Assembly: GCA_009602725.1 (NCBI GenBank)
Contig: WELB01000004.1
Location: 1,554,242 to 1,609,677 of the forward strand
Reading direction: 5' to 3'
Source of the DNA: Spirogloea muscicola
Lineage: Eukaryota
Length of the DNA: 55,436 nucleotides
Below, in pieces: positions 22,115-33,500 of this stretch. Positions within the stretch are counted from its first letter, which is position 1, and each line of letters opens with the position of its first letter. Under the pieces are notes generated by a model. That model was given only the letters and a program-made list of their open reading frames with translations, did no database searches and was not told the DNA's origin. The position numbers and the translations under genes were made by a program.

Positions 22115-23180
22115 GAAGAAAGAAAAAGAATGAACACAGTTCAAGAAGGGGGCTAAGCGAAGCACTTAGGTGAAGCACTAAGAACGACAAGCACACAAGA
22201 AGAAACAAAGCAGCTACTAACCACTCAGGAACCCCTGCTAAGCAGTCGCAGGTCAGAGAGACTATGCTCCTGGAAGTATGTCCCCTGGCCAGAGCCAGAG
22301 GCAGCAGCGAGGGCTCGGCCGGCACGCAGGTGCAGCGCAGAAAGAGCTCGCCCATTGAGGATAGGGGCTGGAACAGCCAGCCCAAAAATGATTGAGCAGA
22401 GTACAAGAAGCCCAAGAAGAAGAAAGGGCTCGCCCATTGAGGATATGGGCTGGAACAGCCAGCCCAAGAAAAAGAATGAACACAGTTCAAGAAGGGGGCT
22501 AAGCGGAGCACTTAGGTGAAGCACTAAGAAAGAAGCACACAAGAAGAAACAAAGCAGCTACTAACTACTCAGTAACCCCTGCTAAGCAGTCGCAGGTCAG
22601 AGAGGCTATGTTGCTGGAAGGACGTCCCCTGGCCAGAGCCAGAGGCAGCAGCGAGGGTTCGGCAGGCACGCAGGTGCAGCGCACGGGCCATTGACCTCTG
22701 CAGCGAGACGGCCAGGCGCATGCGATACACCTGGGCGAGCGACCCGGCTGCAGGAAAGTCCACCGGCTTCCCATGGAAGCGGCGAGCGACGGCGTGACGG
22801 GCAAGCTGGTGGAGCAGTTCGAGCCACCGAGCACCCAACGCCCCGTGTGTGTCGATAGCCAGCGGGAAGAACTCGTCGGCCGGCGGATGGTCAGCGTACT
22901 TCAGTTCTTTTGCCCGAGCGGCGCAGGCGACCGCGTACCCAGCCTAGCTCGCTCGCTCAGGTCTTTTCATCACTCAGGCCAGGGGCTATATCGGGCTTCA
23001 GAAAGCGCGGCCAGATTAACTGGTGGCTGGGAAAGGCCAGCCCAATGGACAAGGTCGGAAGGAGCCGGAGCGCGAAGGACTAGGACTGAGACATTAGCCA
23101 GACATGCACACCGCGCGCCTTCCCCCCTTAGCCAGACGACGCTCAGTAACCTCTAGTCAGGAGACGCAAGTCTGAGTAGT
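22115..23180 (-). mobile_element. Head-to-tail array of 5'-truncated RLE retrotransposon copies
   Basis: Three abutting related copies (~22945-22424, ~22423-22340, ~22339-22115) with ...RMRLAVSLQRSMARALHLRA...SLSDLRLLSRG(Y/S)*, plus further fragments to 23180. Confidence 0.9.
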
Positions 23181-24660
23181 GGGCTTCCAACGCTGCTGGT
23201 TCGCTTGCCCAAGTCTTCCGCCTGCGCCTGGCGGTATCGTTTCAGCGTTTCCTTGCCCACGCCGTCCACACGCGCGCAGGCCGTGCTCTGGCCGCCGCCC
23301 CTGGGTCTCGGCGGAGTGCCTCTTTCCCTGCAGCGAGCTACTCAGACCTGATGGTGCTCACTCGCGGGTTCTGAGCTTCCCTCTGCATCGTCTAGTATTA
23401 TTGTCGTGTTTTGTAGAGTAGTCCTTTCTCGGCACTTCTATCTTTAGCTTTGGGCATTGTCAATTCTTTTTGGGCTGGCTTGGCCAGCCCCTCTTCGCTA
23501 AGGGCGCGCCATTCTTTTCTGACGTCCGCAGAGACCCTCCTCCGCTCCTTCCCATCACTCGGTCAATGTCACACACGGTGCACCTGCGTGCCGGTCGCCC
23601 CTTTGGCTGCAGCCGCTGGCTATAGACAGGAAATGGAGTGTGTATTACGTGATGGCAGTAGACAGGTATACCGCATGCGACTGTCCATTTCCCTTCAGCG
23701 GTCCTTGGCCCACGCCTTGCACCTGCGTGCTGGCCGTGCTCTCGCTGCAGCCTCTGACTTTCGTCAGGGAGATTGTATTGTGGCAGCTAGTCTTTCGGAT
23801 CACTCACTCGTAGTTATTGAGTGCTTCATCCTCCCCCAGTTCCTGAGATATTGCTTTTGGTCCCTGTGTACTCTGGCCCCTTTGGACCTTGTCAATTCTT
23901 TTTGGGCTGGCTTACCACAGCCCTTGCCCCCATTGAAAGAGCCACTTCTCTTCTCCACAGACAGGGAACCCGTTACCCGGAGACAAGTTTCTCTGACCTG
24001 CGGCTGCTCAACAGGGGATGTTAAGTATTCAATGGCCACTTGAGTCGCTGAGTGCTCTATTGTTTGTCTGGCCCTTTTCTTCATTCATTTCCTGGGCTGG
24101 CAATCACAGCCATCGCCTCTACTGGATGAGTCTGTCTCTTTCGACTTGCGGCTGCTACAAGGTTACTAAGTGACCATCCTTCGTGTTATCTGCTTAGTTG
24201 TGTGATTCAGCACTTTTCCGGCCTCTTCGGACCTTGTCCATTCTTTTCGGGCTGGCTTTACACAGCCCTCCCTACCCTTTGGATGAGCTTCTTCTCCTTT
24301 GGCAAGGCCTCGCTCGGATTCAATGCCGTCGGGTCGCTTGCTCAAGTTGCAGAAATTACTGAGCAGGCACCCTTAGTGGTCTCTACATTTTCCCGCTACC
24401 AGGAGACCAGTTTCTCCGACCTGCGGCTGCTCAACAGGGGTTATTAAATGTTCTGTAGTTACTTGAATCCCTGTGTGCTTTAGCGCTCTCCCTGGCCCCT
24501 TCAAACTTTGCTTCAGGCGATCGTTGTGAGAGGCCAGCCCAAACGGAAGGGACAAGGTCTGAAAGAAGAAGAAGCTCTTCTCAAGGGGGCGAGGGTTGTG
24601 AAAAGCCCACAGAAGAGGTCCGAAGACGACCGGAAAACGTCTTAAAGGGCCGTAAGGAGC
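23181..24660 (+). mobile_element. Head-to-tail array of mixed-subfamily RLE retrotransposon 3' fragments (last ~130 bp on - strand)
   Basis: Successive ORF termini (SYSDL.VLTR, QVYRMRLSISLQRSLAHALHLRAG, ETSFSDLRLLNRG(C/Y)), most followed by the GGGCTGG..CAGCC module (23455-23520, 23885-23950, 24081-24130, 24233-24295). Confidence 0.85.
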
Positions 24661-25517
24661 AGAGTAAGCAACTCTGTGGAAGAGCTCCTTGTTTTGATGT
24701 GAAGCTGCAGACACACACCCAGAGGCACGTCCTCCAGATGCGCAAGTGCTTGTCACACAAGTATCCGGCCAGTGATAGGATGTCAACAAGGGCCAAAGAA
24801 TAGGTAGACAAGCCACTTCAACGCAACGCACCATTGATGACACTGTAGGATGGGCCAGCATGGAAGAACACATGAACTTTATGGCGATTAAAGAAGCGAG
24901 TCTTATGGCAATGCTTGAAAAGGTCTCTTCAGGGGTGCGCAGTGGTTGGGGAGGCTGGCCAGAATGATTTCAATGAGCTGCACGTAGAGTGCAGCGGCAA
25001 GCACAAGGGAGGTCAATAATCAGTACCATCATATGATCACATGACCATGAGCAATGACACTCTCGTGGCATCTTTGCCAAATGAGTGGGCAATTTTCTGT
25101 GTGTTTACAAACACGTGCTCCTGCCGAATTCCTAAGTAGCTGCTCGCAATACTTTCTCAGAAGGCCACCTCTGAGCTGCGTGCATGCTTTGATAGCCAGC
25201 CGACGACAACAAGCTGGCACCCTACTGCGCACTGGAGCTATGACTTAAGTCATTGCTCCACGCATTTGCCAGATAGGCATCTTGCCCGCAGCATCATTGC
25301 TCTTGACAATGGCAAGCATGAACAAGTCCAATTCTTGTCTTCTCATGCCGTGCTTCACCCACCAGGTGCTGAGAATAAATTGTTACCTGTTAAGCATATT
25401 ACACCTACTACACAAGATGGGTGATGATGTAATCAATCCATGCAGCCCTTATGCAACAGCCAATATGAGCACCAATCTCACCAAGCTTGTTGCAAGACTG
25501 CACATCTGTTAAGTACG

Positions 25518-27571
25518 TCACGAACAATGACCACGAGGGACACTGTGGAGTGCCTTCACTAAGTTAAGAAAAAAGAAGGGCCCTTGACTGACGTCAAAAG
25601 TTGCACCATCCTCGTCCTCCATCCACTGTGGCAATTTCACGATCTTCTCCTTCAAGCTACCCAGCACTAGTACTCGCACTGTCACCTCCTCGCAGTCCTC
25701 GTCTCCAGACATGCCTACAGCGCTTAGAGTGTCCTCTGTACCTTCTGCACCGCCGCTAACAGCTTGCCCCCTCACAAGCTCTATTGAACATCCTGGAGAA
25801 GGAAAGTGGCCATGTCAGATTTTGTGGCGATTATGGATGCAAGTTAAGCAGATATAGGCAGGTTCAAAAGGCACATTGTTCCATGGAGTGCCACTGAATG
25901 CAGTACCTGTCTCCTCATGCGTGAGGATGCTCTTGCCACCTTCTGCAGTGTGCACTTTGACGCCAAGCAATGCCTCCAGGAGGCTCTTCCAGTGAAAGTC
26001 GTCAATGTTGTCCCTGCCACCAGCAGCACTCTCTGCAGCAGCATCCACATGGTGCGCAATGCTGTGATGCAATACAAGGGCTCCTTCTGAGGCTTTGTTT
26101 TCAAGCTGAATAGCATGCTGCTCAAGCTCAAAGTAGGCGTCCTGCAGCTGCAAATTTTCCTTCTTCAGCTGCTTCGCCCTGCAGAGAGGCAAAATGCGAA
26201 ATCATGAGAATGCTAGTTATATCAAAGTACTCTCATAAAACATTTCTCATGCACGTCCACTATATGGACGTGGAAGAGGTGGATGGGGTCATGTGGAGGA
26301 ATTACTCGAGCTCAAAGCCTTCAATGCGGGACTCCTCAATCCTCTTCAGGAGGTTCTCCATTTCCTCCTTCCGGTGTTGTACCAGTCTCTCACCAGCTAG
26401 AGGTAGTGCGGCAAAAAGCAGGGAGCAGCCACCATGGCGTGGTTTAGCAGAACATTGCGAGATGGTCACAAGGCTGCCAATAATTGCACACGAGTGTGTA
26501 GAACCCCGCACACCTGCCTCACATGCCATTACAGGAATGACTATGGCTTACATACCTTTGCTCTTCTCGTCAAAGAGCACCTTCTGTTGCTCAAACAGGT
26601 CCTCTGCTTCTGAGCACTTCAGAGCCTGCCGCAGCAAGTGGGAGGTGAGGCTGCAGGCTCCTCCGTCGCGGCTTGCCAGACAGCAGGTGAGCAACGATCC
26701 GTGCCTGGCTTGCCCTTAGCAGGCCATCAATGCACCCTCTTAATCCCAAAGGACAGGCAGTAAGCTGACGTACCTTCAGGTCCCTATACTTGCGCAGGAG
26801 CTTGTCATAAGCCGCCTGCAGCTTATGCATCAGTGGCGCGGCGCCATTGTCCATGGGCTTGGCTGGCCCACTCTGCTTGGTCTCCTCAGGTAAACCAACC
26901 CCGCCAGCATCAGCCACCCTGGGCTTCCCCGCCACAGCTTGCCGTTTCTCCTTTGCCCTGCGGGGCTGCTCGGCCTCAGGCGCAGCAGGCTTTGCTGGCT
27001 CAGCTTGCCGCTTCTCTGTCGCCAAGCTGACCGCGCCGCCCCCAGCGGCCGTCGCTACCTCGACCTGTGGGCTTTTCGCCAGGCTGGGTTCGCAGGCTTC
27101 GAGGGCTGCGGGCTTCGTTGCCGCCGCCTTGCGCTTCCTCTTGGACAAGCTGACTTGCGCAGCGCCATTGCCACTCGACTCTGTCACCTGCTCGGTCTTC
27201 CGCGAAGCCGAGCGAGTCTTGGCAGCCGCTGGAGCCTTGACGATCACCGCTTTGGAAACCCCAGTGGCTTCAGCAGCCCGCTGCCGCTTCCTCAGGCTCT
27301 GGAGGGCCATGGCGGCCGCGGCGTCGACAGCTGCCGGCTCATCAGGGCCATGGCGGCCTCGAGCCTTCTGCGTTGGCCTCCTGGGGGCCTCGGCTGGCTG
27401 CGCCGCCGCCGGCTCTGGGTCCCTCGCCCGGCCCTGCCGCTGCTTCTCGCTGTAGTCCACGCGTCCGGGCCGCCTGCGCAGCGCGCGGTCGCCGTCCCCC
27501 TCCACGGCCGCCTCTGCCGCAGCGCGCCGCAGCTGGCTCTCCCGCAGCCTCCTGGCCTCCGTCAGCCCCAT
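25518..27571 (-). CDS. TTN9: TITAN9-like / monopolin Csm1-like kinetochore protein (coiled coil + RWD-like C-terminus)
   Basis: Spliced frame LQAAYDKLLRKYRDLK / SEAEDLFEQQK / RAKQLKKENLQL / LLEALLGVKVH...ILTHEETG-CSIEL...VLGSL..KLPQWMED..TFDVSQGPFFFLNLVKAL. This matches the recalled TTN9 pattern (LLGMK..HPTTG..LGT..PEWM..F..S..P.FF). Start may lie upstream of the N at 27600. Confidence 0.75.
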
Positions 27572-27814
27572 CCGCCACAGCCGCCGCCGCCTCCGCCGAN
27601 CGCATCATTCCTGACGCCGCGCCGCCGTCGCCGCCGCCGCCGCCGCCGCCGCCGCGCGCGGCGCGCCTCCCGCCAGAACCAGAGCACGGAGCGGCGGGGC
27701 TGGGGGAATTTTGAAACTGGCCGACGGTCCGCGCGCCCCCCGCCAAACGGGACGCGGTTCCGACGGGACGACGATGCAACGGCGCGCGGCTCTGCCCGAT
27801 CCATCCTACCCAAG

Positions 27815-30060
27815 CTCTGAGACGGCGCTTTTGGCCCCTTCGGACCTTGTCGTCTTTTCGGGCTGGCTGTTTGGGAGAGCCACTTCCGGTAGGGCCTGAG
27901 TGGCCAAGTGCACAGGCAAGGCACACTGATAGATGACCCCTCGCCTCCTTTTCTTTTCGGGCTGCCTCTCCCACCTGCGCCTGCTTAGCAGGGGTTACTG
28001 AGTGGTTAGTACCTGCTTTGTTTTTTCTTGTGTGCTTGTCATTTCTGCTGCTTCGCCCTTAGGGCTTCGCCTGGCTTCCCCCCCCCTCTTCTTGTACTCT
28101 GTTCATTCTTTTTTGGGCTGGCTGTTCCAGCCCATATTCTCAATGGGCGAGCCCTTCTTCTTTCTTTGCCAGCCACTCTTCTCTATGGGCGAGCACTTCT
28201 CTTTACTGGCCCCCGTTTTCTATGGGCGAGCACTTGCTCTTCTTTCTGCCAGCCCCTCTTCTCAGGGGCGCACTTTCTTCCCCGGGATGGCCTCTGCGCC
28301 GCGGCGGGAAGAGCCTTGGTCAGGGAACAGGGTCAGTATGGGAAGGGCAGCCCCCCGCTAAGGAGAGGCTCAAGCAGACGAGAGAAACAGCTCTTCCAAT
28401 GTAAGGTAATCGCTGTGAGAGCTGTGAGCTGTGAGCTGTGAGGCCGACCCAAAGGTAATGTGCAAGGTCTGAAAGGGCCGAAAAGCGCAGACGTGACCTC
28501 CGCCGATGCGCCAACCGTTCTCTCTCCTGGTAAGAGGTCGGAAACAGCTCTTCAATGTGTAAGGTAATGGCTGTAAGAGGCCAGCCCCAAAGAATGTGCA
28601 AGGTCAAAAAGAGTACTAATAGTACGTAGTGTATCCCCTTCGAAGCTTGTCATTGGTTTCGGGCTAGCTTTTCACAGAAGAAAGTGGCTTTCTCTAAGGG
28701 GGCGAGGGCTGTGAAAAGACAGCCCGAAAGTCGATTACATGGTCCGAAAGAGCCGATAAGTGCCGAAACACAGCATATGCAATGAATCACTTAGTAACCT
28801 CTAGTTAGCAGCCGCAAGTCAGAAGGACTAGCCGCCGGAGAGCAATGAGATCTTCCAAGGCAGTCCCCTTGACGAAAGGTAGAGGCTGCAGCAAGAGCAC
28901 GGCCAGGACATGAATAAAGGCTTGGGCCATGGACCGCTCGAGGGTAATGGACAAGCGCATGCGGATCACCAGCGCCAGCGTGCCAGCGGCATCGAATTCG
29001 GCCTGCTCGCCCCGCCTGCGGAAGAAAGACGCTTCCAGGAGAGGGCGGTGGCTGGGAGAGGCCAGCCCAGAAAAGAGAATGAACAAAGTTCGATGGAGCC
29101 AGGGAAGCGCTGAAGGCGGTTAGCTCAAGCAGCTACGGAAACACTCAGTAACCCTTTCTAAGCAGCCGCAGATCAGCACGGCGTGCAAGCCGGCTCAGCA
29201 ATGTCTTTACTTATGGAGGGCTGAGTGGCCGAAAGCAAGCACATTGACTGATGTGTATCACCTGCTGCTTAGCTGACCCGCTCAGTAACCACGAGTCAGC
29301 ACGTAGAGGTCGCTGACTGATGCCTGAATACCGGAAAGCAATAGACAAGCCCTTGTGCCACCAGCTAAGGCTTGACCAGCTTTCTGGTGCAAAGCATGAG
29401 CCTGAGCTCGCTGCTAACAGGCTGACATACGACGTTGCAATAACGACAAATAGGCTGCCGGCATGTCCTTGTGGGCTGGAAGCATATCCTCACGTCGTGC
29501 ATATCCTAGACCTGCGATGTTCTCAAGCGAAGAAAACAGCTCTTCCAAATTGACAGCAACGGCTGTGAGAGTAAGTTATACCTCAAGTAAGGTATGAAAA
29601 CGAGGACCCATGTATCCAAAGGTGTCAATTGCAGCTGGTAGGAGGTAATGAGGAAAGAGCTCGCCCATTGAGGATAGGGGCGGGAACAGCCAGCCCAAAA
29701 AAAAGAATGAGCAGAGGTAATGGCTCTGCTGGTAGTCAGAGAAGTGCTGCAGCTTTCTCTGCTCTGCACTCAGCCCCTCTGAACCTTTGTGAATTCTTTT
29801 TGGGCTGGCTTTTCGCAGCCCTTGCCCCCATTGGGAGTGCCACTTCTTCTTCTGCACTCACCACTGCGTGGCCAGCAATGTGGTTCGATGCTGGACTCTT
29901 CTGCGCCTCCGTCACAACCACTTCGACCAAGGCTCGTGGATTATCGCAAGGTTGTACACACAATGTCTAGGGTGCGAGGCGATGGCTGTTCAAAAGGGGC
30001 GGCGGCTGTGAATGGCCAGCCGAGAAAGAATGGACAAGGTCCTTAGAAGTGGCACTTCCG
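27815..30060. mobile_element. Large mixed cluster of RLE retrotransposon 3' fragments between divergent TTN9 and CAND1 genes
   Basis: Plus array 27815-28280. Minus array 28380-29715 includes AEFDAAGTLALVIRMRLSITLERSMA and QRAQAHALHQKAGQAL...VSDLYVLTRGY*. Plus module 29765-29850; minus fragments 29851-30060. Confidence 0.85.
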
Positions 30061-30267
30061 AAGGCAGCGGGTAGCCGACTATGTAACGGTCGATGAACCT
30101 ACTTACCGAGAGGACCGGGCGCCTGTTTGGCTCTGGACCTTCTTGCAAGTTGAATAACAAAGCCATGAATATCAACCTCGTCCATTTCTTTTTTGGCCTC
30201 TCACGGACACTGCCGAGTTCGTTACTTTTCCGAAGGCAGGTCAGGCGGGTCTGGCTGCAACACCAAA

Positions 30268-30320
30268 GCCGCCGCAGCCGCTGCCGCCGCCGCCGCCGCC
30301 GCCGCCGCCGATGCTGCCGC
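30268..30320 (+). repeat. (GCC)n microsatellite upstream of the CAND1 start codon
   Basis: gccgccgcagccgctgccgccgccgccgccgccgccgccgccgatgctgccgc. Confidence 0.85.
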
Positions 30321-30545
30321 CTTTGCCGCGGTTGCGCTCCAGCTCGCCCGCCGAGATGCGCCAGAGCCGGGGGCCCTCCTCGAGGCGGGCCTGACGGCGC
30401 CTCGCCGCCGCCGAGGCCGTGGCTTTCCAGCTGGTCCCTTGTAGCAGCACACCTATGGCGGACTGCGACCGCCACGACGATTTGTATGACCGCTGACAAA
30501 GCCGGAGAAGAGTCTGTGGAGCTGCTGCAGATCAAGGCGGCCAAC

Positions 30546-33500
30546 ATGGCGACACTGGCGGTTGGCCTGATCTTGGAGAAGGTGCGGGTCTGTGCAGCAC
30601 AGATTCCGGCCTGCTAAGGTCACACTTAGTGCAGCCGGTCCTGCATGCGACAAGTCGACTTGCTCGGCATGTCCTGGCACTCAGGCGGTCAATAAAAAGA
30701 CCATCTGAGGTTAATTAAAGTGGTCTTTGTCGTCAACTACAGCTTCATGCCAAACCTTGCCACCTGAGCTGCCGGGAAGTACGGCAAGCTATGCCTCGAT
30801 TGGTAAAGCCTACTGAGATGCTGAGTAAGATTAATATTTACTGGAAGTGATTGAGTATGTGCAGATTGCTTCTAAAGACAAGGACTTCCGCTATATGGCC
30901 ACCTCCGACTTACTGAACGAGCTTCAGCGGGACACGTTTAAGGCCGACACGGAGACAGAGAGGAAGGTGTCCCAGATAGTGTTGCAGCAGCTTGAGGACG
31001 CCTCTGGCGATATATCAGGGTTGGCTGTCAAGTGGTGAGCTCTTGGTAGTACTGTAGAAGTTGCATTGCAAGAACAGCTCGTCGTGCACATCCAAAGTCC
31101 CACAAGACAGTTAGCCTTCTGGTTGTTGGCGGCCCCTTCCTTATTAGAGGATGGCTATTAGGCCCTTCTCAGTACTTAAAGCATTGTGACACAATCAAAA
31201 GTCCTGCCAGTGTTTGCTACTTTCGTCCTAAGATGGGCACTGTTTTGCTGCACCAGTCTTACTCCGCTCGTGAAGAAGGTGAGTGAGGCACGGGTTGTAG
31301 ACCTAGTGGAGAATCTGAGCACGAAGCTGCTAACGGGCAAGGAGCAGCAGAGGGACATTGCGAGCATTGCCCTCAAAGTGGTTGTGGCAGAGCTACCTGG
31401 TGGCCAGGTTGCAAACTCTGTGTTGCAGAGCTTGACGCCCAAGCTGATAAAGGGCATTGCTGCTCCGGTGAGCACCACCATTCCTCCGCCCCACTGTGTG
31501 CTGCTGCTGATTGTGTGCTCTTGGAAGTGAGGCTCTCGCAAGGTTTCAAGAGTATTGGTATAAGTTTCAATAGTACGCTATAGGAACTGATTTGTGCATG
31601 GGGGGACTTGTCACTAGCATCAGCGTTGCACCTGGCACACGCAATCTCATGGTGGCGGCTTCCGTCATTTCATCGTGGGTATTGTCATCACAGCTCGTGT
31701 TTGGTGCCTCGTGTCATGGCTGTGTGGGTGGCAGGAGACGAGCACAGAAGTCAAGAGCGACTGCCTCGACCTGCTCGCTGATGTCCTCCAGAGGTTTGGG
31801 TGGATGATGATGGAGCAACACAAGCAGATGCTTGATGCCCTCCTCGTTCAGCTGGACTCTCCTCGAGCTGGGCTCCGCAAGAGAGCTATTCAATGCCTAG
31901 GTATGCCACCTTGCTCAAAAAGCCTTACTGTAGACGGCCAGCATGTGACAGCGGGAAAACGAGTAGTTGACTCCTCTTCTGCGATCCACCTGTGTAGTGG
32001 GAGGGTGTTCATCTTAATTTCCTCTTCTGGACAATGCCAGCCTCTGAAATTACCAACTATACTGTACTACACTATACTATACTATACTATACTTGCCTTG
32101 CGTCATTGTCTAAGGTCTACCTTTCACACAGGTCTATGTCATTTTGTTTCACCATATCCTGCCCAATTTGCTATTTGACCAGTCCCGGAAATGACCAGTA
32201 CACAGAGAGCTTGTACTTTCAGTCTCAGCAGCTGCAGTTGGTTCAATCTCGACTCCATACTTTTCAAGGGGACGTGATCGTGCAAAGGTGCATGTGAGGG
32301 TCCAGCAGAGACATTGTCATGCCACTACTGATGTCACTTTCCTCTGGTTGCAGCAAGTCTTTCCTCAAGTATGTCAGATGCCCTACTTTTGGAAGTCACG
32401 AAGGCGCTTGTGCAACAAATGGTGAAGACAAAATCCAAAGTGGATATCATTCGCTCATACATTCAGATGATTGGAGCTCTCTGGTATGTCCCTTAGCTCC
32501 ACAGTGTGGTGTTGAGTGTCTGACAAGGTCCATATGAAGATGCGTATTCATGCACTCAAGTGCACTTTATTTGGCTTGATCTTGTGACTGCAGTCGAGCT
32601 GTTGGGTACCGTTTTGGCCCCCATCTTGCGGAGCTCGTACCTCTACTTACATCCTACTGCAAGGAGGCATCAGAAAGTGATGACGAGCTTCGAGAGAATG
32701 GCCTTCAGGTTGGTGCACGTCCTCAAGTACATGTCCTTGTGCATCAAGGAGTCTACTGTGCTATGCTACTCAGCAGAGGCTTGTGTCAATGGATCTTGAT
32801 GAAAAGGACTAAGAGGGCTGTGCTGTTGGATCATCGTGTAGGCTCTTGAAAGCTTTGTTCTTCGATGTCCCAAAGACGTGGCTGAGCATTGTCCCTTAAT
32901 ACTGGAGCTGGCGCTGGAATACTTGAGCTATGACCCAAACTTTACTGATGACATGGATGAGGATCACGATGAAGACTTGGAGGATGAAGATGAGGCAGAG
33001 TAGGGAACTTCCTGTATCTGCCGATCAGTGATTACAAGCATCACGTCAGTCGTCTCATTCGTCACCATTGCTAGTTGCCCGGAAAGGAGCCAGATTGAGT
33101 GATTTCCATCGTCTCGTTTGGTCTGATCAACGCTCCCCAGGCAAGATATACTCAGAAGGCCATAATACTTTGTCAAAACAAGTAGTGCTCCCAGTGGAGT
33201 CTAATGAGATTGTTCTTGATTGGTAAGGTCTTAAAGTGTGTCAGTGCATCACTGCCGCATCACAGGGAAAGTGCCGAAGAATACAGTGACGATGAGGATG
33301 TGAGCTGGAAGGTCAGAAGGGCTGCTACCAAGTGTTTGTCAGCTCTCATTGTCTCAAGGCAAGAGATGATCGCAACCTTCTACAGCAAGGTCAGTCCGTC
33401 ACCCTCATCTTGTGTGTGATTTTTTCAGCAAGTAACATCTGCATTTGGGTTGAGAAGACTTTTGTGCATATCAAGACTGTAGCGTAGGGACTCATCCGTT

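Noticed and set aside
21730..24660. CRISPR-like array or tRNA-derived SINE cluster
   Set aside because: Units vary in length, are contiguous with RLE ORF ends, and show no regular spacers, cas genes or A/B boxes.
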